Shown here piece by piece: positions 16,429 through 26,458 of a stretch of 64,000 nucleotides of DNA. Each line of letters starts with the position of its first letter. Position 1 is the first letter of the stretch. The translations under genes and the position numbers were made by a program. This stretch comes from an uncultured Rickettsiales bacterium (GTDB lineage: Bacteria > Myxococcota_A > UBA796 > UBA9615 > CAYRNR01), in assembly GCA_964493735.1 (NCBI GenBank), contig CAZBPN010000004.1:4109-68108 (forward strand). Direction: 5' to 3'. Under the pieces are notes generated by a model, which saw only the letters and a program-made list of their open reading frames with translations, was not told where the DNA came from and made no database searches.

Positions 16429-16992
16429 ATGCCCGGCGAGGACGTGCTCGGGATTCACGTGGCGCTACTGCGAGGCATCAACGTGGGCGGGAAGAACAAG
16501 CTCCCCATGAAGCCGCTGGTGGGGATCTTCGAGGCGGCCGGGTGCGTGGACGTCTCGACCTACATCCAGAGCGGCAACGTGGTCTTCCGTGCCAGCGGCG
16601 ACCTCGCCCGGGAGATCCCGGAGCGGATCCGGATGGCCATCGAGGCAGATCTCGATCTTCGGGTGCCCGTGGTGACGCGGACCGCGGACGAGCTGCGCGC
16701 GGTGCTCGCCGACCATCCGTTCCTCGCGGCCGGCGTTGATCCGAAGCAGCTCGCGGTGGGCTTCCTGGCGGAGCGGCCCGCCCCGGAGGACGTGGCCCGC
16801 CTCGACCCGGATCGCTCCCCACCGGACGAGTTCGCCGTCCGGGGGAGGGAGATCTACCTGCGCTTCCCCAACGGCGTGGCCCGCAGCAAGCTCTCCAGCG
16901 CCTACCTGGACTCCCGCCTGGGGACCACCACGACGGTCCGCAACCATCGCACGCTGGTCGCGCTGATCGAGCGGGTTGACGCGCTGTCCTAG
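16429..16992 (+). CDS. DUF1697 family protein
   Basis: The ATG at 16429 has a GGAGG ribosome-binding site. HVALLRGINVGGKNKL is typical of DUF1697. Confidence 0.6.
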   Translation: MPGEDVLGIHVALLRGINVGGKNKLPMKPLVGIFEAAGCVDVSTYIQSGNVVFRASGDLAREIPERIRMAIEADLDLRVPVVTRTADELRAVLADHPFLAAGVDPKQLAVGFLAERPAPEDVARLDPDRSPPDEFAVRGREIYLRFPNGVARSKLSSAYLDSRLGTTTTVRNHRTLVALIERVDALS

Positions 16993-17348
16993 CTCCTGCG
17001 GCGGGCATAGCTGGCCCGGTGCATGTCGGTCACCCGGGCGCTCAGGGAGCCGCGCAGGGCCTCGAGAGCCCCGGCGAAGTGGCGGTCGAGCAGCTCGAGC
17101 GCGCCCGCGGTGATCCGGGACTTCAGCTCGTCCGACCGGCCGTCGAGGATGCAGATTTCCAGGGCGGCGAAGCCCCGATCGGGGCCACCGGCGCCGACGA
17201 GGAAGTCGGCGCACGGGCGGGCGCGGCTCTTGATGTCATCCCGCTGGAATTCCCCGGTGCCGACCAGCAGATCGTGGAGCTCGCCGAACAGGGCCCCGAA
17301 GTCTGGCGGGGCCATGTTGTCGGTGTATTCGAGGATGCAGTGGGGCAA
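16989..17348 (-). CDS. 5-carboxymethyl-2-hydroxymuconate isomerase (CHMI) family protein
   Basis: The N-terminus MPHCILEYT and a length of about 119 aa fit the CHMI fold family. Confidence 0.65.
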   Translation of the reverse strand: MPHCILEYTDNMAPPDFGALFGELHDLLVGTGEFQRDDIKSRARPCADFLVGAGGPDRGFAALEICILDGRSDELKSRITAGALELLDRHFAGALEALRGSLSARVTDMHRASYARRRS

Positions 17349-17384
17349 GGGGGATCCTCCCTCCCGGCGGTGGACCTCGATCCG

Positions 17385-17401
17385 GCCGGCGCGGCCGGCC
17401 T
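17385..17401 (-). terminator. GC hairpin (ggccggc-gcg-gccggcc) between the cytochrome c gene and the CHMI gene
   Basis: A 7-bp perfect stem with a 3-nt loop. There is no U-tract. Confidence 0.2.
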
Positions 17402-17406
17402 GGCTG

Positions 17407-17769
17407 CTACTTCACGTCCTTGATGGCGAAGTCGACGGCGGCCTTGAGCTCGGCTTCGGAGCAGTCCATGCACAGGCCCCGGGGGGGCATCCCCTTGGTG
17501 CCCGAGATCGTGGACGCGTACAGGACCTCGATCCCCTTGGGCAAGAGCGCAGCCCACTCCGCGGCGGTCTTCGGCGCGCCCGCCGCGCCCGTGCCGTGGC
17601 AGGCGAAACACTTGGACTGATAGACCTCCTCACCCGAACGGGCGGTCTCTCCGGCGGGATAGACGGGTTCGGTGCGTGAGGGCTCCCGCGCATCGGGTGA
17701 ACGGGGAGACAGGGAAACCGCGGCAAGGACGCCGATGGCGATGACGAATCCGATCGTGATGTTCCTCAA
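17407..17769 (-). CDS. periplasmic c-type cytochrome of the cytochrome c5 family
   Basis: A TTG start with a GGAGGA ribosome-binding site gives the signal peptide MRNITIGFVIAIGVLAAVS. The heme-binding CFACH motif and a c5-like C-terminus (GMPPRGLCMDCSEAELKAAVDF) are present. The long 542-aa track ORF is an artefactual upstream extension. Confidence 0.6.
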   Translation of the reverse strand: MRNITIGFVIAIGVLAAVSLSPRSPDAREPSRTEPVYPAGETARSGEEVYQSKCFACHGTGAAGAPKTAAEWAALLPKGIEVLYASTISGTKGMPPRGLCMDCSEAELKAAVDFAIKDVK

Positions 17770-18024
17770 GATTCCTCCATGCCCCACGATCCCGGGGCGC
17801 AAGCTCCTCGGACGAGCGCGGACCTGGGAAGGCACGTCCGCTTCCTGGAGGCGCGGATGGTCCCACACCCAGGATCGGGACCATATCAGGACACCGGGCA
17901 GCCGTGCCCTTCGAACGCCCGCCGCGTTGCCCGGACGTCCGCGAGGTGGCCATACTCTCCCCCACGGACGCGGGTCACGGACGGATGTCGCCGTCGGCTC
18001 GGCCGATCCGTGAGGGAACCCGCC

Positions 18025-18783
18025 ATGAAGACCATCCGACGGTCCCTGTCGCTCTTCCTCCTGCTGCCAGCGCTGGCTGGCTGCACCAGTGCCCGCTGCC
18101 TCAACACGGTCTCGACTCACCTCACCCTGGGCACGGCCTACCTCAACGAGGGGGGGTGCGAGATGGCGGCAAGCGAGTTCTACAAGGCCGAATCCGCCTG
18201 CGCGGCCGCGGCCCAGGAACCGGAGATCCAGCACCGGCTGGGGCTCTCGTTGATGTGCCAGGACCTGTTCGCGGACGCGGAAGAGCGCATGCTCCTCGCC
18301 CTGGAGCTGGCAAAGGAGCCGATGCCCCACGCGCTGGTGAACCTCTCGGCCCTCTACATCGCGCAGGAGCGGTGGGGGGCCGCGGAGGAGGCCGCGCGGG
18401 AAGCCCTGGACGATCCGACCTATGCGGAGGCGGCTCGCGCGTGGAACAACGCCGCCTATGCGGCCCACCAGCAGGGCAAGCTGGACGAGGCGGACGAGGC
18501 CTACCGGATCGCCATCCGGCAGTCGCCCGAGTTCTGTCCGGCCTGGTTCGGCCTGGGGGATGTGGCCGAGGCCCGGGGTGATCTCGACGCCGCCCAGGAG
18601 CACTACCGCGTCGCGTCCGAGTGCGCCCCCACGAACTTGCGGTACCGGTTCGAACACGGGCGGGTCCTGGACCTGCTCGGCCACCTCGACGAGGCGCGCG
18701 ACGTGCTCCAGTCCGTCGTGGACCGAGCGTCCGACGGGGAGCTCAGGGCCCGTGCCGAGGACCTCCTGACCACCCTCCCGTGA
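18025..18783 (+). CDS. TPR-repeat lipoprotein
   Basis: The ATG at 18025 starts a signal peptide with lipobox LAGC. TPR-like helical repeats follow. Confidence 0.7.
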   Translation: MKTIRRSLSLFLLLPALAGCTSARCLNTVSTHLTLGTAYLNEGGCEMAASEFYKAESACAAAAQEPEIQHRLGLSLMCQDLFADAEERMLLALELAKEPMPHALVNLSALYIAQERWGAAEEAAREALDDPTYAEAARAWNNAAYAAHQQGKLDEADEAYRIAIRQSPEFCPAWFGLGDVAEARGDLDAAQEHYRVASECAPTNLRYRFEHGRVLDLLGHLDEARDVLQSVVDRASDGELRARAEDLLTTLP

Positions 18784-18896
18784 TGGCCGGCAACTCCCCG
18801 CCGCTCCCGTCCCCCTCGACGGATGGAACCTCTGGCCCGTTGGCGGGTCCCATGGAACGCAGCGGCCCCTGCGCTCGACGGAGGAGGAAGACCTGG

Positions 18897-19427
18897 ATGT
18901 ACAACCCGCGACGCCTTGCTGTGACCCTGGCCATTCTCTCCCTGCTTGCCGGCATGCCTTGCGGCGCCGCGGCGCAACCTGCCTCCCGATCCGCCCCGAC
19001 CGCCCCGGATTCCCTCGAGCCCCTGCGTGTCGCACTGGCTCCCCTGCTCGACGGCGGCCAGGTGACGCTCGGCACCCGCGCCGAGGAGCAGATCCTGACC
19101 GTCCGCACCGAGACCCTGTTCCTCCAGGGCACGGACACGTGGGCCGCCGAGGGCCGGGACCTGGCCGTGGAGATCGCCCGAGCGTTGACGACGATCCCGG
19201 CCACCACGTGGCGCGTGGAGGCCCACACCGACAGCTCAGGATCGTCGGGTTTCAACGAGCGGCTATCCCAGCTGAGGGCCGACCAGATGAAGCAGCTGAT
19301 GGTCTCCGAGGGGATCGTGGCCAAGCGAATCGTCGCGTCGGGGTTGGGAGAGAGCCAGCCCGTGGCCCCCAACACGACCGCCGAAGGCCAGGCCTCCAAC
19401 CGCAGGCTGGAGATCCTCTGGCGCTGA
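18897..19427 (+). CDS. OmpA-family peptidoglycan-binding protein
   Basis: A GGAGGAGG ribosome-binding site precedes the ATG and signal peptide. The OmpA C-terminal domain is WRVEAHTDSSGSSGFNERLSQLRADQ...NRRLEIL. Confidence 0.75.
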   Translation: MYNPRRLAVTLAILSLLAGMPCGAAAQPASRSAPTAPDSLEPLRVALAPLLDGGQVTLGTRAEEQILTVRTETLFLQGTDTWAAEGRDLAVEIARALTTIPATTWRVEAHTDSSGSSGFNERLSQLRADQMKQLMVSEGIVAKRIVASGLGESQPVAPNTTAEGQASNRRLEILWR

Positions 19428-19551
19428 CCGACCCCCCCTTACCCGGGGCCCCCGTCCAGCTGCCACCCACCGCGGGTGGAATCGAGCTAGTCTGGGTTCC
19501 TCCCGATCGAGTCGGTGGCGCCCGGACGATCGCGGACCGAGGGGATTCTCG

Positions 19552-22098
19552 ATGGAGATCGTGCTCACCGCCGCCGTGTCCCTGTTGCTGGCCGCCTGTC
19601 CGCCGCCGGCCTTCCTGTCCAAGATGGAGGGCTGGATCGCCGATGGCGACCTGGACAGGGCGGTGGAGGTCGGGGAGAAGCGGCTCGAGAAGTGCGGCGA
19701 CGCGGAGGGGACCGCGGCGCTGATCGGGCTGCTGCAGCGGGCGTGGCTGGAGCGGGCCGAGCGGGAGGACACGATCCCGGCGTTCGTGGCGGTGGCCGAG
19801 CGTTTCCCGGGCAGCCCGGCTGCGACCGAGGCGCGGGCGATGGAGATCGAGCTGGCCTGGGCCGACGCCAGGTTGGGAAACGACGTAGCGGCCTACCGCG
19901 CCCACCGCGAGAACTACCCGGACAGCCCCCACGCGGCCGACGCGGCCGATCTGGAGGCGCGACGCGCGTTCGCCGGGGTCCAGCAGGAGCCCACGGTGGA
20001 GGCGCTTGGCGGATTCCGGGAGAGGTACGCCGACCACGAACTGGCCGCCGAGGCGTTCGCGCTCGAGGGGGAGCTCGCCTACGGCCTTGCCGTGGAGGCA
20101 GAGCTGGCGGCGACCTGGGCGGACTACGTGAGAACCTATGCCGACCACCCCCGGCGACCCGAGGCCGAGTCCGCGTGGGGTGCGACAGCGTATCGTGACG
20201 CGCGGAACGCCGAGGGCATCGACGCCCTGCTGGCGTTCGTCGACGACTTCCCGGCCGACGAGCACGTCCTCGACGCTCGCTGGGACGTGGTCGCCCGCGC
20301 CGCCACGCTGGGGCTGGGCGGGATCGGGGAGAACCGGGAGCTGTCCGCGTCGGATCTGTCCGCGGGGGTCTCACTCCCCGAGCTACCCGCCGGGGCGGAG
20401 CTCACGCTCCGGTTCCCGATCCCGATGCCCGACGAGTTCGTGGCCGCCGTCAGCCTCGACCTCCAGGTCGCGGTGGCGGACGGCGCGCCCCGGCCGCTGG
20501 AGGACCTACTGGCGGGGGGGGTGGTCGTCCGCCCGGACGCGGGGGTGCCGTCACCGGGGCTGACCGAGCTGCTCGCGACGCGGGAGCACGCGGCCGACGG
20601 CCTGACGCTGCGCCTGCGCCAGCCGCTGATCCACCCCGCGGGGATCCGCGGCCTGGTCGCCGCGGAGGGGTATGCCCTGGTGCTCGCCCCACCCGAGGAG
20701 CTGGAGCGCGAGCCGCTGGTCTGTCCCCTGAGCCTGCCCGCGCTGGACGGCGAGGTCGAGGGCGGGCACGACCCGGGCGCCACCGTGCTGTACGCCAGGG
20801 CCGATGGGCTCTACCTGGCCTCCGCGACCGGCTCACCGCCGACGAGGTTGGCCGCGCTCCCCGCGGGGACGAAGGGCTGGCGCCTCGAGGCGATGGACAC
20901 CCGCCTGACATGGTGGGGAGAGGGGGGCGCAGGTGTGGTCGGGCTGGTCACCGGGCAGGCCGTTGTCGACCTGGGAGGGGACCAGGCCGTCCGTGAGGTC
21001 CGGACGTGTCGGGGTGGCTGGCTGGTCCACCTCCAGCGGCACCGCGAGACGCCGGAGGGCTGGAAGCGGACAGACCATGGCCTGACTCTCGTTCCCGAGG
21101 GCGGTGGCGCGCGCGAGGATCTGATCGGGTTCGAGGATGGCTGGACGGGGGCCCTGGAGGCCAACGACCGGTGGCTGGTGTTTCCCCTTCGGGACGAGGC
21201 GAGCAAGACCAGCCCGCTGCACGTCATCGACCTGGACGATCCAGGCGCCCCGCTCTCTCTGGAGTTCGAGGCCGCCACCTTCGCGCTGGGGCCCGGGCGC
21301 GAGTCGGAGCTGGCGTACATGCTGCGCTACTGTGACGGCAGCCTGCTGGCCATCACACTCCCGGATGCCAGGGCCTCCCACATCTGGTCCCTGGGTGGCC
21401 GACGGGAGTGCTGCGGTATGGACGTGAGCTGGCCGGAGGGGGCCGGCGGACCGGTAGTCGGGTACCAGGAGATCTGTGGCTGGCCCTACAGCTACAGGCT
21501 GATCCCTCGCCAGGCTGGCGGGTGGGGGGCGGCTCGGGACGTGTCCGAGGCCCAGGTCCAGGCGTGGAACGCGGCAGGCGCTTCGGATGTGGACGTGGCC
21601 CCGGGTACGCCCGACGGATACAGCCTCGAGCAGCGATCCGTGCGGGGCGTGGACGAGTTGTTCTCGATCGAGGTGGGGAGCGGACGTGAGGCGCAGGTCT
21701 CCCGGGTGGCGAAGTACCGCTCCGACCGCTGGTGCGGCAACGCAGACGCCGAGAAGATCAGTGGCCTCCGCCACGAGGTCGTGCCCAACGGCGAGCACGT
21801 CGTCATGCTGGCCTACCGCCACGGCTGCGACGCCGCCGCCGGCCCCTTGCTCATCCGCCGGGTCGACGGCGGCGGAGAACAGGTGGAACTCGGAACCGAC
21901 AGCGGAATCCCCGGCTGGGTCTTCCGCGAGTGGTCCACCGACGGCCGATACCTGCTGGTCGGCGCCCGGCGGGGCTCCCCCCAGGACCTGACGGTCTACG
22001 GCCCCGAGGGGACGCTGGAGATGCTGGACAGCGAGGTCTCGCACGCTCGCTGGTTCGAGCCGACCCTCCCCCTCCTCCTGTCCGGCGTCCTTCGCTGA
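19552..22098 (+). CDS. large lipoprotein of unknown function, 848 aa
   Basis: Lipobox LLLAAC. The composition is protein-like and high in GC at third codon positions. I recognise no domain. Confidence 0.6.
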   Translation: MEIVLTAAVSLLLAACPPPAFLSKMEGWIADGDLDRAVEVGEKRLEKCGDAEGTAALIGLLQRAWLERAEREDTIPAFVAVAERFPGSPAATEARAMEIELAWADARLGNDVAAYRAHRENYPDSPHAADAADLEARRAFAGVQQEPTVEALGGFRERYADHELAAEAFALEGELAYGLAVEAELAATWADYVRTYADHPRRPEAESAWGATAYRDARNAEGIDALLAFVDDFPADEHVLDARWDVVARAATLGLGGIGENRELSASDLSAGVSLPELPAGAELTLRFPIPMPDEFVAAVSLDLQVAVADGAPRPLEDLLAGGVVVRPDAGVPSPGLTELLATREHAADGLTLRLRQPLIHPAGIRGLVAAEGYALVLAPPEELEREPLVCPLSLPALDGEVEGGHDPGATVLYARADGLYLASATGSPPTRLAALPAGTKGWRLEAMDTRLTWWGEGGAGVVGLVTGQAVVDLGGDQAVREVRTCRGGWLVHLQRHRETPEGWKRTDHGLTLVPEGGGAREDLIGFEDGWTGALEANDRWLVFPLRDEASKTSPLHVIDLDDPGAPLSLEFEAATFALGPGRESELAYMLRYCDGSLLAITLPDARASHIWSLGGRRECCGMDVSWPEGAGGPVVGYQEICGWPYSYRLIPRQAGGWGAARDVSEAQVQAWNAAGASDVDVAPGTPDGYSLEQRSVRGVDELFSIEVGSGREAQVSRVAKYRSDRWCGNADAEKISGLRHEVVPNGEHVVMLAYRHGCDAAAGPLLIRRVDGGGEQVELGTDSGIPGWVFREWSTDGRYLLVGARRGSPQDLTVYGPEGTLEMLDSEVSHARWFEPTLPLLLSGVLR

Positions 22099-22117
22099 AG
22101 CACTCCCGCGGCCGGGG

Positions 22118-22771
22118 TCATGCGCCGTCGGCCAGCCGCGTGCAGATGCGGTGAATCACCGGCTTCACGGCGAGAATGCGGGGGTCGTCGGAGCGGAACG
22201 AGCCCGGATCCCAGTCGGGGCCCATCTCGTAGTGTCCCAGGATCTCGCGGTTGCGCCCCCCGTGAAAAGCCTCGCCCGACGCCGGGGCCAGTTCCAGCTG
22301 GACGCCCCCGACGGACGCCGAGCTGAGGTGATCGCCGTGATCCGTGAACCCCGTGAGCGTGAACGCGCCCCACGCCCCCGTGACGGCCTGGATCGAGCTG
22401 CCCGCCCCGACACCTTCCCGGGTCCGGAACGAGGGCGACGTGGTGCAGACGAACATCTCGCCGGCGTCCGGGTAGATCACGTCGAAGGCGTCGGCGGTGC
22501 CCTTGGCGATGCGGTAGGCGGTCATGTCACCCGTCGCGCCTGGCAGGAACTCGATGTCCGCTGCGGGAAGGGCCGACACGTTGGAGGCCCCGTACAGCGC
22601 GTTGATCTCGATCACGGAGGTGGCGCCGGTGACCAGCCCGAAGGACTTTCCGGGCACGATCAGGTGGGCCGCGTCGGGGCCCGCGGGCTCCCCGCCCGAA
22701 GATATCGTCGGCGAGAGCAGGACGAGCGCGAGCATGGTCATCACGGGGGCGGCTGGGCGACGACGGCGCAT
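22118..22771 (-). CDS. secreted hypothetical protein
   Basis: N-terminal signal peptide (MTMLALVLLSPTISSG) and coding-like codon usage. Confidence 0.45.
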   Translation of the reverse strand: MRRRRPAAPVMTMLALVLLSPTISSGGEPAGPDAAHLIVPGKSFGLVTGATSVIEINALYGASNVSALPAADIEFLPGATGDMTAYRIAKGTADAFDVIYPDAGEMFVCTTSPSFRTREGVGAGSSIQAVTGAWGAFTLTGFTDHGDHLSSASVGGVQLELAPASGEAFHGGRNREILGHYEMGPDWDPGSFRSDDPRILAVKPVIHRICTRLADGA

Positions 22772-22853
22772 GGGTACCTCCCTCGCCGGACGGTAGCACA
22801 GACGACCGCGACGCCCCGGTTCCGGTCGAGCCTTCCGGAATCCGGAATCCGGA

Positions 22854-24401
22854 TCAGTCCACGTAGCCGAGGGCCTTCATCCGTTCCAGCGCTTCCGGGG
22901 TGACGGCGGGGGCGGAGCCGGTGGCCCAGGGGCGGGTGCCGTCCTCGTGGGTGGGGACGGTACGGACCGGTCGGCGACGGGCGGCTCGGTCGGTGAGGGC
23001 CGTGGTGATCGGACGGCCGGCCATGTCCTCGCCCACGGGTAGGCCCATCAGCCACAGGGCGGTCGGGGTCACGTCGACCGACGCGACCGGGGCTTCCAGG
23101 GCACCCGGGCGGACGCCGGGGCCGAGGACGGCGAAGATCCCCTGGTCCTCGACCCGGTGGTAGCCGCTGTTGACGAACACCGAGAAGGTGGGCTCCACGT
23201 GGCGACCCAGGGTCGCGGCGGCGGTGGCGAGGACCGGGTCGGTGGGGATCAGCTTGCCGCGCCGCTCCCGGAGCAGGGGCTCGCCGGAGTGGGTGCGGGC
23301 GGCGAGGAGGCGCTCGACCACGGCCGGCGCGCCTTCGCCGGTGACCGTCAGCTCCGGGGCGCTGAGCCGGTAGGTGAGCTCGGGCACGGCCCCGTCGACC
23401 CAGCGGTGGCCGGACTCCAGGCGGATGGAGGCGCCCTCGCTGTCGAAGGTCCCCCGCTCGACCGTGCCGTCCCCCCCGTCGAGCAGGGCGCGGGAGAGGG
23501 CGATCCGGCGGTGGGACGAGTCGGTTCCGGTGTGGCCGTGGTCGCTGATCACGATCACGTAGCCGTCGTCGCCGACGTACCCGAGCGCGCGCCCCACGAG
23601 CGCGTCGGCCATGGCGTGGGTCTGCAGGACCAGGTCGTGGCCCGTCTGGGTGCGAGCCCGTTCGGCCTCCGGGACGCGGGTCAGGTCCGCGCCGCCGGCC
23701 ACGGCGGCGTGCTCTGCCCACAGCATGTGGAGGGCCAGGTCGACCGGGTACACGGGCAGGACCAGCAGGTCGAATCGCTCGGCGTCCATCCACCCGTCCA
23801 TCCACGCCGTCGAGCTGTCCGACAGCAGGTCGAGGGCGCCGAGCTCCTCCCGACGGGCCGAGGGCTCGATGGCATCGCCCAGCCGCTGGTGGGCGTCGGC
23901 CGGGTGGGCCGAGGGGCCGCCAGGGATGTCCGCGGCCGGGGCGAAGGCGGCCTTGCCGATCATCACGCCTTCGATGGCATAGGCCGGGTGGGTCAGCCAG
24001 TAGTCGACCACCAACGACCGCTTGCCCGCGCTGCTGGCGATGTCCCACACCCGTTTGACCCGTACCTGGTCGCCGCCCATCTGCAGGACGTCCTGCCGGC
24101 GGTCGGGCAGGGACACCCCGTGCACCTCCGGGTGGTGGCCGCTGGCCAGGGTGGTCCAGCTGACCGGGGAGAACGCGCTGTCCACGTCCAGCCGTGCCGA
24201 GGCCCCGTCGCGTCGCATCCGCGCCAGGTGGGGTAGCCCGCCGGCCTCGATGTGGGGGTCGATCAGGTCCCAGTCCCCGCTGTCGATGCCGACGATGGCG
24301 ACGGTGGCGCCCGGGGCCTCGCCGCGGCAGCCCCCGCCGGCTGTGGCCAGGATCGCCAGCAGTACCAGGGCGGGGGCTGTGCGCGGAGGAGCGGGGATCA
24401 C
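22854..24401 (-). CDS. alkaline-phosphatase superfamily protein (type I phosphodiesterase or nucleotide pyrophosphatase-like), predicted lipoprotein
   Basis: The AP-superfamily metal-site motifs VIVISDHGHTG and GIDSGDWDL are present. The start is a GTG at 24401, overlapping the upstream stop codon as GTGA. The N-terminal Arg-rich part of the 631-aa track ORF is an artefact. Confidence 0.6.
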   Translation of the reverse strand: MIPAPPRTAPALVLLAILATAGGGCRGEAPGATVAIVGIDSGDWDLIDPHIEAGGLPHLARMRRDGASARLDVDSAFSPVSWTTLASGHHPEVHGVSLPDRRQDVLQMGGDQVRVKRVWDIASSAGKRSLVVDYWLTHPAYAIEGVMIGKAAFAPAADIPGGPSAHPADAHQRLGDAIEPSARREELGALDLLSDSSTAWMDGWMDAERFDLLVLPVYPVDLALHMLWAEHAAVAGGADLTRVPEAERARTQTGHDLVLQTHAMADALVGRALGYVGDDGYVIVISDHGHTGTDSSHRRIALSRALLDGGDGTVERGTFDSEGASIRLESGHRWVDGAVPELTYRLSAPELTVTGEGAPAVVERLLAARTHSGEPLLRERRGKLIPTDPVLATAAATLGRHVEPTFSVFVNSGYHRVEDQGIFAVLGPGVRPGALEAPVASVDVTPTALWLMGLPVGEDMAGRPITTALTDRAARRRPVRTVPTHEDGTRPWATGSAPAVTPEALERMKALGYVD

Positions 24402-25063
24402 AGCAGCTGGATGATCGTGACCATGGTCTCGCAGCCGTCGACGCCGCCGGCGGCGGCCGCCGGCCCGCCCAGGTAGCCCACCGGGATCGACTCCTCGGCC
24501 GCGACCTGGGCGTTGTGGTTGGAGTCGATGATCGAGCCGCCGGTGTCGTAGAGCGTCACCTGGGCCGCGCCGCCGCCCACGTAGTCGATCACCCCGGCGA
24601 TCATCCGGGTCACCTCGCAGTCCAGACCCGAGAAATCCAGATACAGCTCGGCGGGGTAGATCCAGACGTCGCCACTTGCCGCCTCGCCCGCGCAGCCGGA
24701 GCAGACGCTGCTGTCCCGCAGCACCAGCTCGACCTCCAGCTCGTTCCACGCCGTGTCGCAGCTGTTGATGGACTGGCTGGTGTCCAGGGTCAGGGTGATC
24801 CCCCCCTGGTCGACGCAGGGGGGCAACCCCGAGTCGTCGTCGTCCCCGGAGTCGTCGTCTCCGGTGTCGTCGTCCCCGGAGTCGTCGTCCCCGGTGTCGT
24901 CGTCGTCCCCGGTGTCGTCGTCCCCGGTGTCGTCGTCGTCCCCGGTGTCGTCGTCCGCCCCGCTGTCGTCGTCGTCATCGTCGTCGTCATCCGCGGTCGG
25001 GCAACCCGGGCCCGCCAGCAGCCACGCGGTGGCGAGCAGCCACACCATCCAGGATTTCTTCAT
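24398..25063 (-). CDS. small lipoprotein with an acidic ([10 protein letters not shown])n linker
   Basis: Lipobox AGPGC followed by a D-rich repeat and a 140-aa Cys-containing domain. Confidence 0.65.
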   Translation of the reverse strand: MKKSWMVWLLATAWLLAGPGCPTADDDDDDDDDSGADDDTGDDDDTGDDDTGDDDDTGDDDSGDDDTGDDDSGDDDDSGLPPCVDQGGITLTLDTSQSINSCDTAWNELEVELVLRDSSVCSGCAGEAASGDVWIYPAELYLDFSGLDCEVTRMIAGVIDYVGGGAAQVTLYDTGGSIIDSNHNAQVAAEESIPVGYLGGPAAAAGGVDGCETMVTIIQLL

Positions 25064-25139
25064 CGCGCGATCCTCCCCGGCGGATTCCCCGATCCGCCGC
25101 CGGGATCCTAGCAGCCTCGAGGCGTGTGGGTTCGCCGGG

Positions 25140-26402
25140 TCAGAAGGGCACGTTGCACTGGCCGTAGGCGTTGTTGCCCCAGCACTTCAGCTTGCCGTCG
25201 GCCGTGAGCCCGCAGGCGTGGTAGACTCCCCCCCTGACCGGGACGAAGTGCGCCGGCGGCGGGTTGCACTGGCCGTCTCCGTTGAGGCCGAAGCAGACCA
25301 GCTCGTCGTCCACGGTCAGGGCGCAGGTGTGGCGGATGGTGCAGTCGACCCACTGGTACTGCAGGGGCGGCACGTTGCACTGGCCGAAGTTGTTGTTGCC
25401 CCAGCAGATCAGGGTGCCGTCGGCCTTGAGCCCGCAGACGTGGAAGCCGCCCGCGATCACGGAGACGAAGTCCTCGTTGGGCGGTATGTCCAGCTCCCCC
25501 CAGTCGTTGGTGCCCCAGCAGACGGTCTCGCCGGCGGTGGACAGGGCGCAGGCGTGGTAGTGGCCCAGGCTCACCTGGGTGAAGGTCCCGGTCGGGGGCG
25601 TGATGGGCGCGTAGACCCCCGTACCCCAGCAGAGGATCTCCTCGGTGGTCGTCAGCCCGCAGGTGAAGTGGTAGCCGGCGCTGATCTGGGTGAAGGTGTC
25701 CGGGGGCGCGTTGGACTGGCCGTGGGCGTTGCCCCCCCAGCAGCTGACCGTGCCGTCGGTGCGGCGCCCGCAGGTGTGGTGCTTGCCCGCGCTGACCTCG
25801 GCGAAGGGCTCGTAGGGCGCCGACGCCTGGCCCAGGTCGTTGCGACCCCAGCAGGTCAGGTAGCCGTCCGAGCCCAGGGCACAGTTGTGGTCGCGGCCCG
25901 CGTCGATCTGCACGTAGCCGTATTCGTCGATGGTGCCGTCGCAGTCGTTGTCGATCCCGTCGCCGTACACGTCGAGGGCGAAGGGGTGGGTGTTGGCGTC
26001 CACGTCGTCGCAGTCGCCGTCGCACTCGGTGAACCCGTCGCCGTCCACGTCGGTCTCGTTCCCGTCGATCGACCCGTCGCAGTCGTTGTCCATGATCCCG
26101 TCGCAGGCGTGCTCGGCGTCCGGGTGGACCGCGTCGTTGGCGTCGTTGCAGTCCACGTCCTCGGTGTAGCCGTCGCCGTCCGCGTCCACCCCGGTCGTGG
26201 TGGTGTCGTCGTCTCCGGACGTATCGTCGTCTCCGGTGGCGTCGTCGTCCCCGGTGGCGTCGTCGTCTCCGGTGGCGTCGTCGTCTCCGGTGGCGGCGTC
26301 GTCTCCTTCGATGGTGCCCGTGCAGGCGGGCGCGAGCAGGGCCGCCGCGAGGAGAATCACCGCGGCGAGCCACCCCACCTCATTCCATCGAAGTTCTGCC
26401 AC
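25140..26402 (-). CDS. RCC1-repeat (beta-propeller) secreted protein with an acidic linker and two MopE-type metal-binding motifs
   Basis: A GTG start has a GGAGG ribosome-binding site. The signal peptide is AELRWNEVGWLAAVILLAAALLAPAC. A (DDDATG)n linker follows. The MopE-type motifs read DCNDANDAVHP...CDGIMDNDCDG. The protein has seven RCC1-like HTCG/HxCA...CWG repeats. The upstream part of the 784-aa track ORF is an artefact. Confidence 0.7.
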   Translation of the reverse strand: MAELRWNEVGWLAAVILLAAALLAPACTGTIEGDDAATGDDDATGDDDATGDDDATGDDDTSGDDDTTTTGVDADGDGYTEDVDCNDANDAVHPDAEHACDGIMDNDCDGSIDGNETDVDGDGFTECDGDCDDVDANTHPFALDVYGDGIDNDCDGTIDEYGYVQIDAGRDHNCALGSDGYLTCWGRNDLGQASAPYEPFAEVSAGKHHTCGRRTDGTVSCWGGNAHGQSNAPPDTFTQISAGYHFTCGLTTTEEILCWGTGVYAPITPPTGTFTQVSLGHYHACALSTAGETVCWGTNDWGELDIPPNEDFVSVIAGGFHVCGLKADGTLICWGNNNFGQCNVPPLQYQWVDCTIRHTCALTVDDELVCFGLNGDGQCNPPPAHFVPVRGGVYHACGLTADGKLKCWGNNAYGQCNVPF

Positions 26403-26458
26403 GGGCCGGGCCTCCTCTGTCGCCCATGCTACCCGATGGCGCGGCCCCGGTCTCCGAG

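Noticed and set aside
22741-24048. 435-aa minus-strand ORF overlapping the phosphatase gene in another frame
   Set aside because: It has Arg/Gly/Pro-rich composition and lacks the AP-superfamily motifs that are present in the 22854-24401 frame.
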